Shown here one piece after another: positions 49,310 through 60,000 of a stretch of 60,000 nucleotides of DNA (positions are counted from its first letter, which is position 1; each line of letters starts with the position of its first letter). Source of the stretch: Camelus ferus (Eukaryota); NCBI RefSeq assembly GCF_009834535.1, contig NC_045697.1:10604001-10664000 (forward strand), read 5' to 3'. The position numbers and the translations under genes are program-made. A model generated the notes under the pieces. The model was not told the DNA's origin. It was given only the letters and a program-made list of their open reading frames with translations, and did not search any database.

Positions 49310-49890
49310 AGTGTGGCAAAGCAGAGAGAGCACATGATTTAGAACCAGTCAGAAATGGCTTCAAGTTCTGCCTCCAGTACTCAGAAGCAATGTGACCAGT
49401 CTGAATATGGGCCAAGTTACAGAAACCCTCTGGGCCTCGAGATCTTCATCTGTAAAATGGAGAGAAAGCAATTGCCACTCATGAGCTTATCAGAATGACA
49501 CTAGATGGCTACCACACAGAATCCTGCCGGCAGTCCCCGTATCGCTCCCATTCCCAGATGAGGACACTGGGGCCCAGGAAGGTTGAATACATTGCACATA
49601 ATCCCTCAGGTGATAAACAGTGAGTCAGGAATTGAGACTCAGAAGTGTTTTCATGCTGAAGCCCATGCTCTTTCCAGTACACAGCCCTGTGTGGATCCAG
49701 ATCCCAGGTCCAGCCTTGCATCCTGTGGGATATGAAGTGACTTGGGCCCTTGCCTTGAATTCCCTAGGCTCCCACTTCTTCATATGTAAAATGAGTTAAT
49801 ACTGCCTACCTTGCAAGATTATTCTAAGTATTGTAAGTAGAAAAGCACTTAGAAGAGTATCTGACACAAAATAAATGTCCCCAAATAGTG
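49310..49890. mobile_element. Cluster of MIR fragments in both orientations
   Basis: CTTCATCTGTAAAATGG, CAGATGAGGACACTGGGGCCCAG and CTTCATATGTAAAATGAG cores. Confidence 0.65.
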
Positions 49891-50123
49891 GTGGTGATGG
49901 TGGTAGCTATAATGGTGGTTTATGAAAAGATAGATCTTTGGGCTTTTTAATCCAAGATAGATATTGACAAAACATCTATTAATAGCAGGAAAAGGGACAA
50001 GACTGGGAGATGAGAGACTTTGCTCCATGATGTTTTGTTAAGTTCCTCACCCTCTCAGGCTGAAGCTTTTTCATTGGTATAATGACATGGTCAGACTACA
50101 CTCCTCAAAATATTTACTAGGCA

Positions 50124-51850
50124 GATGAAGAGATACAGTGTGTTCATGGATTGGAAGAATTAAAATGACCGTACCACCCAGGGCAATCTATACATTCAGT
50201 GCAATCCCTATCAAAATACCAAGTGCATTCTTCATGGAACTAGAACTAATAATTCTCAAATATGTATAGAAACACAAAAGACCCTCATGAGCCAAAGCAA
50301 TATTGAGAAAGAAGAACAGAGCTGGAGGTCTCATAGTCCCTGACTTCAGACTATATTACAAAGTTACAGTAATCAAAATAGTATGGTATTGGCCCAAAAA
50401 TAGACACAAAGATCAATGGAATGGGATAGAAAGTACAGAAATAAACCCACGCACTTGTGGTCAATCAGTCTTTGACAAAGGAGGCAAGAATATGCAATGA
50501 AGAAAAGACAGTCCCTTCAGTAAGTGGTGCTGGGAAAACTGGACAGCTGCATGTAAAAGAATGAAATTAGAACATTTTCTCACACCACACACAAAGATAA
50601 ACTCAAAACGGATTTAAGACCTAAATGTAAGACCAGAAACCATAAAACTCCTAGAGGAAAACATAGGCAGAACACTCTGACATAAATTGTAGCAATATCT
50701 CATAGCAATATTTTTTTGGATCTGTCTCCTAAAGCAAAATAAATAAAAGCAGAAATAAACAAATGGGATCTAATTAAACTCAAAGGCTTTTGCACAGCAA
50801 AAGAAATCATCGACAAAACAAAAGACAACCTACTGAATGGGAGAAAATATTTGCAGATGATAAGACTGTAGGGGGTTAATATCCAACATATATAAACAGC
50901 TTATATAACACACACACGCACACACACATACATCAAACAGCTCGATTCAAAAATGGGCAGAAAAACTGAATAGATATTTTTCCAAAGAGGAAAGTAGATG
51001 ACAAACAGACACAAGAAAAGATGCTCAACATTCCATCAGAGAAAGGCAAATCAAAACCGTAATGAGGTATCACCTCACACCTGTCAGAATGGCTATCACC
51101 AAAAAGAACACAAGTAATAGATGTTGGCAAGGATGTGGAGAAAAGAGAACCCTCATACACTGTTGGTGGGAATGTAAACTGGTGCAGCTACTGTGGAAAA
51201 CAGTATAGAGGTTTCTCAGAAAACTAAAAATAGAACAACTGTATGACCCAGCAATTCCACTCCTGGGTATATATCCAAAGAAAATGAAAACATTAATCAG
51301 AAAAGAAACAATGTACCCCAATGTTCACAGCAGTATTATTTACAATTACCAAGATATGGTAGCAACCTAAGTGTCCATCAAAAGATGAATGGATAAAGAA
51401 GATATACACAATGGAATATTACTCGGTCATAAAAAAGATTGAAATCTTGCCATTTGCAACAACATGGATGGACCTAGAAGGTATTATGCTTAGTGAAAAA
51501 AGTCAAACAGAAAAATGCAAATACTGTATGTTACCACTTATATGTGGAATCTAAAAACATAAAACAAATGAATATAACAGAAACAGACTCACAGATATAA
51601 AGAACAAACTAGTGATTACCAGCAGGGAGAGGGGAGGGGAGAGGGGCAAAACAGGGGTAGCAGATTAAGAGGTACAAATATCATAAATAAGCTACCAGGG
51701 TATATTATCCAGCACAAGGAATACTGCCAATATTTCATAATAACTTTAAATGGAGGATAATCTATAAAAATTTTGAATCACTATGTTGTACACTTGAAAA
51801 TAATATAATATTGTAAATCAACTATACTTCAATAAAAATACATCTCGAAA
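50124..51850 (+). mobile_element. About 1.7-kb 5'-truncated L1 (decayed ORF2 3' part plus 3' UTR)
   Basis: ORF2 remnants ([29 protein letters not shown]...FDKGGKN) with stops. 17-bp TSD with 2 mismatches at 50107-50123 and 51851-51867. Appears to interrupt an L2 end. Confidence 0.95.
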
Positions 51851-52879
51851 AAAATACTTAATAGGCACAAATATGTCCTAGACCCTATACTGGGTGTTAA
51901 GGATACAGAGACGAAAAGATAAAATTCTTGTGGTTAACAGGTTCACAGTCTACTGGAAACACAGATAAGTAGATAAAAAGTAGGTCTGCTTTTTGGGAAG
52001 ATGGGGTCATACAAGGTTCACCGTCAGCAGGTCAAATTGGGGGAGTTGTGGCGAGTAAGGAAACACTCGTGGAGCAGTGTTTGAGTGATGTTTGAGCTGT
52101 GTTTTAAAAGAGGGACAGAATTGCGTTATGTGAAAGTCCTGAGCCTGTCTGTGAGCCTGGCCTTTGACCGCTGTCTTCCAGTCACTCCTCGAGGCAGGGC
52201 AGAGCTGGGAACTCAGAATGAGACTGGGATTAGCAAGAGCCCGGAGGCCCCCAAAGACAACTTCCCAGACCCCAGTACAAAAACGGCTTCTGCTTATTTG
52301 CTCTGAATTTCTCCTACATAAACTTCCTAAGTGTCAGAGAACAAAACCCCAAATGAAGAGGAAGGCAGTGAAATGCCCAAAGGCCACCTCCTTTCAATTT
52401 AAACACAAAAACAAACCAACTTCTGTTGGATCAACGGCACTGCCTGTTTGTTAGCGGTGGGATGGGAAGCCCCGCAGCCAGGGTGGGGACGGAAGGAATC
52501 CTTTATGAGAGCTGAACCCACACCTGGGCCCCTGGGCCCCCTCGGAGGGTGCAGGGGCTAAATAAGGCTCCCCAGCCATTGAGGCAGCACGTGCACCTTC
52601 CCCCGCATCTGCGATCACGACACCCCACAGATCCCAAGTCCCTGAGCTCTGTTCAGGCCACTCAAAAGTCACCCCTGAGTCCTGGGGAAATACTAGACTG
52701 TGCAAGTTTTCTCCCTTCCTGTGACATGGCACCACAATGCTCCTGACACAGCAGAAAGCCACTCATGAACGGAAAAGAAGTGATAGAGCATGACCATTCA
52801 CAACCACCACAGTGATGATTTATGAAGGCACGGGTAATCCCTGGTTGCTAAAAGCACTCAGCCAATGAGGGCTGGGGAA

Positions 52880-53490
52880 CAGGACAGGATATGGGGAAAA
52901 CTGGAAGATACCACCTTAATCAAATCAACAAACTTAATTTCACCAATCATGGGACAAACTGACATCAGTAACTTCCAGATGAGATCCACTGAGCGGATCC
53001 AGCATGCACGTAGTACCCCGACAGAAGATTTCATTTGAATCTAATCATGAGAAATCAAGGTAAATTCAAAATTGAGGGACATTTCAGGGGAAAATGGCTT
53101 AGGCTCGTCCAAAAAACTACTTGTATGCTATAAAGAAAAATAGGCTAGGGAACTGTTCTAGATTAAAGGAGACTAAATCTAAGGTGAGGCAGGATTCTTG
53201 ACTGAATACTGGATCCAGGGAATTAAAAACTATATAGAACATTATGGAGAAATCTGAGAAATGTAAATATGAACTGTATATTAGATAAAAGTGTTACAAT
53301 AATGTTAAATGTCCTGAGTGTCATACTTGCATGTGGTTATGTAGGAGAGACTTAGTCTTACAAGATGCATGCTGTGGTGTGGCAAAATATTAACAATTGA
53401 TGAATCTATAAAGGACAGACAGGTGTCCATTTGCACTATTCTTGTAACATTTCTAAAGTTTAGAAATGATTCAAGATAAAAATCTGGAAG
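52880..53490 (+). mobile_element. Old L1 (L1MC/ME-type) 3' region
   Basis: GAATCTAATCATGAG...CTGTTCTAGATTAAAGGAGACTAAA motifs. Confidence 0.7.
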
Positions 53491-54040
53491 GCAAAAGTTC
53501 CTGGATCTCTTCCCATCTTTTTCCCTATAATCATTTTCCCTTTTCCAAACTCTGTTTCTAATACTAGTTAGCCAGTTAACCTATTTTCCTGTTTATTAGG
53601 GGCAAAACTTTTGAACTCAGTTTTGGAAAGTCACACGTTTTATGCTTTGTTCTCTCCTTTTTGGGATTCTGACTCAAGGAACAAATGAATAAGTAAAAAG
53701 ATAACTGGGAAAATGGATATCACACTTAATGATGAGAATTAATAGTAAAAAAATAGAATTCTTATTAATTTTGGTAGTTCGGTAAGGACAGTGTGGATAG
53801 TAAGAAATGCCCGTATTCTTTAGAAAGGCACATTGATGTGGAGGGTGAAATGATAGTATGTCTGAATTTGCTTTAAATGTCCCAGCAAAGAAACAAGAAA
53901 GAAAAGAGGACAGATGAAACAAATATGACAAAAACGGATAAATTTTTTCATCTGGGCAATTGGCTAACGAGGATTCACTGTATTATTCTTTCCGGTTTTG
54001 GGGTAGGTTTGAAAATTTTTTATAAACAATTTATAGGAAA

Positions 54041-54213
54041 GGGGAGGGTATAGCTCAGGTGGTAGAGTGCATAGTTAGCATGCAAAAGGTCATGCATGGG
54101 TTCAATCCCCAGTAACTCCTCCAAGAATAAATAAATAAATAAATAAACCTAATTACCTCTCCCCACCAAAACAAAAACAAAAACCAAAACAAAGAAACAG
54201 ATTAATAAAAACA
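54041..54213 (+). mobile_element. tRNA-Ala-derived SINE (vic-1-like)
   Basis: Same head and CCTAATTAC tail as the other copies. TSD TATAGGAAA at 54032-54040 and 54214-54222. Confidence 0.9.
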
Positions 54214-57200
54214 TATAGGAAATCTTACTTCCCTCTCACTCCATCCTTCAATTCAGATCTTCATTCCACGTAACCCACTTTTAGTGACGTCACCTTCTAA
54301 TTGATCCCTTGGACTCACATCTCTCTTAACTCCATTCCTTTCTAGACAACGTTGTCAGATTAATTAACCTACAACCCTTTTTACATGGCCTCCACTAATT
54401 ATCTTTAAAGCTGTGCATAATGTGACCCTATCCTTCCCACTGAAATTAAAGCGAGTGCAGGCTTTGGAATCAGACTGACCAGATACGTATCTTGGCTCGC
54501 CCAGACAGTCCGGTGCACACCTGCTGTCCTGGCCTAATCGTTACCAGTGCTGTCTCTCACTCTTAAAAAGTCCTGGTTTAGATGATAAATTAAATGGCCA
54601 CCCTAAATCATGTGATCCTGAGTTCAAATTCCAGATCTGATACTTAATGATGTGTGACCTTGGCAATCTATTTAACACCCCTGGACCTCAATTGTCTCAT
54701 CTTTGATACGGAGGTAATAAATACCCATTGTTAAAAATAATACGTCAAAACTCCAGCACATATTATGCAATCAATAGGCAGTTGCTATAATTATGTCTCC
54801 CTCCAGACAAGACCCCTCCAATCCAGCCAGATCTCTTCCCTTGTCCCCAAAACAAACAAACAAAAAAACTTATTCCAACCCTCTGAGGCTTGGTGATGCT
54901 ATCCCCCCACCTATCAAAACCCTCCTTCTATCCTTCAAAGTTAACACTTGAGGTCCTTTGCCAACTTCCCTCATCACTAATTACCTACAGTTCATCATCC
55001 ACTTGTGAGACTGAATGATCCACCGGCTTACATGTCCCCTGGACTATTTATTCTCTGTAAATATATTTCATCTCTTCAACCGGAGACTGTTCATTCCTTA
55101 AAGTAGGAAATGTTCTTTCTCCCACATAAATCTTATCATTCCTAACCCAGTGTTATGCACCTGCAGCCTGTCTTCAGTAGAACTTGCATGCCCTAAACAA
55201 GACACCTCAATTCCAACCTAAGAAATAACTTCTTCTAGGTGAGAATATTTTCTTTGAAAACAAATCTAGAAATACAATCATATATTCTTAAGTTATATTT
55301 CGTTTCATTTTAAGAAATTCCTGTATGTCTTTCACCTCGTCTTCTTTATTAAGCTCCAAAGGAGGCAGGCTGAGAAATCAAAGACTTCTTATAAACTAAA
55401 TCATAATCCCAAATCACCACTACTGTTGAACTTTAAAACCCCAGCCATTCCAATGGTACATTAAATATCACACAAAATCTGACTTCCCTCTGGCTCTAAG
55501 TCCTTAATTCAGTCTGGTTTTTAAATGTGCAATCTATTTCTCAAAAGTCTCATTTATCATAATAAAAAATGATTTGACCCTAAAGCACAGTCAGTTCTAG
55601 ATATTCTGCATATACTGGAGACCAGTGGGTGCACAGTCTGAAACCAGATGTTCTAAATACCTTTTTTTCTTCCAAGTCTTAACTTTATGCTTACATTCTA
55701 TATGGGGATATAGCGTGATTTTCACTATATAAAAACTATTTTAAAATGTCTTTGCCTAGGGAAAAAAAATCTGAAAAACTATCTTTTTTCTTTGGGTGGA
55801 GAATGGACCTTTTTAAAATCTGTTTCTGTATATTTTGAATGAACATATTCTACCTGCAAAATGGAAACAAATAAAAGTATGTCTCTTGTGCTTGCAAAGA
55901 ATGATATTAACCAACAATAATAAACTATTCACTTATTTAGTCAACAAAAGCGTGTTCATTCAACAAAAGCTCCTGCTATACCCAAGTACCAGGAATCCAA
56001 TTTCAAACAACAAAGCAGGCACTGCCTCCCTCCCAGCCAACAACTCCCCTGCCCACCTTCCTGCTTGCCTGACCTACCAGCATTCATTTGACTGTAGGGA
56101 CCTGAAATGAGCGAGCTTCCTGTCTCTGGGCCCTAGTTTTCTTGTCTGTAAAATGGGACTAGGAAATTGGATGATTACTTTCTGACCAGATGATCTTCCC
56201 TCAGTGACAGATTCCCTAAAACCAAGTGACCTGATTAGGCAAAAGGTTTCTGTATAAAGAGCTGTTGACACGAAATCAACACTAAAAAGACAGAGACTTG
56301 GCTACATAACTGGGCAGAAGGCATTTCACAAACTCCTCAAAAAGGAAACACAGATGGGAGAACCATCAACCACAGGAGTGATCAGAAATAAGTATAAAGT
56401 AACAAGATGCAATTAATTCAGTCTTAAAAAATCCCAACACATTACTGGTGGTGGCATCAACCATTTCAGGACCTTCTGGGAAATGGGTAGTTCTTTCAAA
56501 GACTTTGAAAATGATCATATCTTTTGACTAATTCGTTATTGAGGGGAAAGAATTCTAAATGCCTGAATAAGCCTAGTGAAAAATTGGAAATAAAAATGGG
56601 GAGGGATGAATTAGTTTCCATGGGATTCCACCCAGTTTTCTCCGTGAAGTAGGAGGTCACTGGCTGGTGGAGGAGGGTTCAGGATAGAAATTTCAAAAGA
56701 GAAGAAAATGTATGCAAATAGTATGAGAAACAAGTCAGGAACCAGCAGGGAGTGTGGTGTGTTTGGAGAGAGATACTAAGTTAGAGAGTGTGGCCAGAGA
56801 TGGTCCCTGAGGAGCTGACATTTGAGCAAAGACCAAGTGACAGGAGAAACAAGCCATGCAGAGGAATGGTCCAAACAAAGGGAATGGCCAGATGCCAAGG
56901 GTCTGTGGCAGGACGTCATGTGGCACATTCAGGAAGATCTGGGAGGAAGCTGGGATGACTGTTACGGTCCTTCGGAGGCTACTGTGTCCCCCACTTCCCC
57001 GTTCTCTCCCCCTAAGTGAGGAGGCATCTCCACTGGTCCAGGCGACCGGCAGCCCTAGTGAGGGGGAGGACAGCCCTGCGGGAGAGAAGTGGACAGCTCA
57101 GATACACACACTCACAGTACAACACGTGGAATTACATCCAAGCAAACTGGTCCTCAGGAAGACGGGTCTGTGCTGTTACTTCAATGCAGAACTCAGGAAG

Positions 57201-57935
57201 CACTCACTTCTGAAGTCAGCTATTAACTTGATTTCAGAGCAGATACTCATTTCTACTCTGCTTTATTTCTATTACACAAGGTTATACTTGGAATGGCTCT
57301 TTAAAGAAATGCAATTCCTTGCAAAGCTGGCTTCCAGAGTACTCAGTCATTTGACACCACCGTAGACTAGTAGACTTGGCTGCGTTAAGCACAGCACATC
57401 TCAATCAGCGGCCCCCCAAGGAGCCAGCCAGTACAAATCTCATTAGGCTGAGCTTCTGGGTCAGCCAACCTCCAAGGGGATATAAAAACATCCACACCCT
57501 CCCCTTCCCCAGGATTCAGGCTATTTACTTCCAATCAGGTTGGAGGAGAGCCTTCAAAGGCAGTGATAAACATATCATACTGCATCACCATCAATTACTA
57601 AAATATTAAATATTTTAAAATAATAATACAAGGACATACAGACTCCTGCATTAGGTAATCAGTGCTCAAAAAATGTCAAACACAAACATTATGTTGCCAC
57701 CTTTTGTCTCCCAGCGTTAACTTAGAAGTTCCCTCCTACAGAATTACTAAACAGCTTTCTCAAGCTGCTTTCTGTAAACAAGTCACTGCTCTCCTTGAAA
57801 GACTGAAAAGACTGCTTTCACCTAAGCTACTGCCCTGAGAGCCTTCTCCATCCTGTCTCTTCTAGTTTTAAATTATTTTGGTTTTTTTTTAATCCCACTT
57901 CAATAAGAACTTGGCTTTTAGGACTTTTCTTTTTT

Positions 57936-58317
57936 AATTTTTAGTTTATTTTAATATAATTTTTAAAGGTCACTCGCCATGTACAGTTATTACAAAATAT
58001 TGGCTATGTTTCCTGTGTTGTAAAATACATCCTTGAAGCCAATCTGCACCCAATAGTTTGTACCTCCCACTTCCCCACCCCTATATTGCCTCTCTCCCAC
58101 CCTCCCCACTGGTAACCACTCGTTTGTTCTCTGTATCTGTGAGTCTGCTTCTTTCTGGATTATAGTCACTAGCTTTTACCTTTAGATTCCACGTAAGTGA
58201 TGTCACACAGTATTTGTATTTCCCTGTCTGATTTATTTCACTTAGCATAATGCCCTTGAAGTCCATCCATGTTGCTCCAAATGGCAAAATTTCATTTTTT
58301 ATGGCTGAGTAGTATTC

Positions 58318-58367
<50 letters not shown>

Positions 58368-58499
58368 ACATAGTACATCTTCTTTATTCATTCATCTGTG
58401 GATGGACACTTAGGTTGCTTCCATATCTTGGCAATTGTAAATAATGCTGCCATGATGCTGGGGTGCATGTATCTTTTTGAATTAGTGTTTTTGTTTTCC
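57936..58499 (-). mobile_element. L1 3' end, sense to PROM1, with internal (TG)n
   Basis: [20 protein letters not shown] and AALFTIAKIWKQPKCPS on the minus strand. Degenerate TSD AGGACTTTTCTTTTTT / AGGATTTTACTTTTTT. Confidence 0.93.
58321..58365 (+). repeat. (TG)n microsatellite inside L1
   Basis: About 22 perfect TG units. Confidence 0.95.
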
Positions 58500-59238
58500 A
58501 GGATTTTACTTTTTTTCCCTATTCTTCCAAGGCTTACAGGGATATGTATAAAATTAAGGTAACATGAATATGAAGGACAAAAAGAGAAAAGGAAGTCCAG
58601 GGACATAAGTTGAAACTCCCAAGCTCCATGCAGGTAGAGCCCATCTGACCCACGGTCCCATCCCGCACAGCACGCGCTGCACATGCACCTTGGCATTTGT
58701 GGAAGAGGAACACAGGGAGCAAGGGGCACACCTGTGTCCTGTACCTGCAGCTGAAGGGGGAGCCACTCTTCTCAGAAAGAAAGTTTTATTCCACATGCTC
58801 TCACCAAAAGGAAACCCTGAGGTGTAATTAACCGCCTCGACAGCATGCTAATGGGAGCCAGAGGGACCCGTTTCCTTGTGCAGTTACAGACGGCAGCAAG
58901 GAGAGGTGTCAGGGCTCACCACGAGTCCTCCACACACAGCTCACAGCTCAGGGCGAAGCCCAGGCGGATGGCAGCCTACACAGGTGAAGACTGGAGATTT
59001 TTAAAATACACTGTAGCAACTCATGCTCACTCTTTGTCATCCATGCCTTTTCAAAAAGGTAAAATTGACTCAGTTGATGTTAGCCAAACTGGGTAAAAGG
59101 AAGAAATCAAAACTGAAATTACGAACTACTGGAAATTAAAAATGAGAACACCACATTCTAAATCTACAGGATAAAGCCAACACTGTTCTCAGGAGAAATT
59201 TTATAGGCTTAAATGCATTTATCAAGAAACAAGAATAA

Positions 59239-59387
59239 GGGGGAGGGTATAGCTCTGTGGTAAAGTGCATGCCTAGCATGCACGAGGTCCCGGGTTCAAT
59301 CCCTGGTACCTCCACCAAAAGTAATAAATGAATAGATAAGCCTAATTACTTCCCCCCACAAAAAAATTTTTTTTTAATTTTTAGAAA
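59239..59387 (+). mobile_element. tRNA-Ala-derived SINE (vic-1-like) nested in an old L1 ORF2 remnant
   Basis: Same head and tail. 15-bp TSD AAGAAA(C/T)AAGAATAA at 59224-59238 and 59388-59402. Confidence 0.9.
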
Positions 59388-59839
59388 AAGAAATAAGAAT
59401 AAAAATGAAATTACTAGATGTTCTACTCTAAAAATTTAAAAAAACAAAATTAAATAGACTTCCAAGTGAAGAAGGGTAGAATTACTAATAACAGACTAAA
59501 CAAAATGAAGGTTATTTTTCATTTATTAAAAGGCACATTAGGAGTCAGTAAAGGCCAGTCCTTAACTCCAGAGCCCATTTCTGCTACACTGGGGAAACTT
59601 ATTTGTAAAACAAGCAATACAGTGTCTAAAAAGTCACCTTGAAAGGGCCCAAAATCCAGAGTAGTTACTGGACTTACACTTTTCTAGCAAAAGTTTAAAA
59701 TCATTCTCCTTGCTTGCCTTTCTAGCTTTCTAGGAAATAGAAGAACTTACAAAAGCATTTTCCATGGGGTGCATTGTTCGATCCGACTAAAAGGCATCGG
59801 GCGATAGCTGAGTCTAAGAGCGTAATGAAACGTAAGTAA

Positions 59840-59985
59840 GAGTAAGATGCCAAAATCAGACGATCTGAGTTCAAATCCCTGCTCTGCTCACTCACAAGCT
59901 GTGTGACCCTGGCTAAGTGAGTTCCTCTCTCTGAGCCTCTTCCCCCATGTGTATATTACAGAGATGATGTCCGCCTCCCAAGACA
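59840..59985 (+). mobile_element. MIR fragment
   Basis: CTGAGTTCAAATCCCTGCTCTGCTCACTCACAAGCTGTGTGACCCTGG...CTCTCTGAGCCTC. Confidence 0.7.
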
Positions 59986-60000
59986 CTGGACAAAATTCAG

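Noticed and set aside
50303..51321. Active L1 ORF2
   Set aside because: The element is 5'-truncated with multiple stops and frameshifts.
59239..59317. Functional tRNA-Ala genes (also at 3788, 54041 and 770)
   Set aside because: They have 5' extensions, stem-breaking substitutions and A-rich ends. Three of the four also share a SINE tail and have TSDs. These are SINE copies.
1..60000. A novel multi-gene, CRISPR-like or defence-type system
   Set aside because: No repeat-spacer array, operon-like structure or unexplained credible ORF is visible. Everything coding is explained by PROM1 exons or decayed L1.
38270..60000. PROM1 first coding exon (signal peptide)
   Set aside because: I found no MALVL...QPRDFPE-like exon by eye or in the ORF track. 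It presumably lies beyond the window edge.

Overview
Mammalian genomic DNA, most likely camelid because it carries four tRNA-Ala-derived vic-1-type SINEs. The whole window lies inside the PROM1 (prominin-1/CD133) gene on the minus strand. I traced ten consecutive internal coding exons by hand (exons 3-12 in human numbering, 1081 nt, 38269 down to 1065). They have consistent splice phases and no stops, and encode [35 protein letters not shown]...CRCCNKCGG...[11 protein letters not shown]. They include the 27-nt alternative microexon and a GC-AG intron. I did not find the first coding exon or the exons after exon 12, so these presumably lie beyond the right and left edges. Introns contain L1 3' fragments (many with target-site duplications, one with a twin-priming 5' inversion), MaLR/ERVL LTRs, hAT MITEs, MIR/L2 and microsatellites. 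I found no convincing new biological system. The best leads are regulatory or splicing hypotheses and retrotransposition signatures. Repeat family names come from recognising consensus sequences by eye, and their boundaries are approximate.
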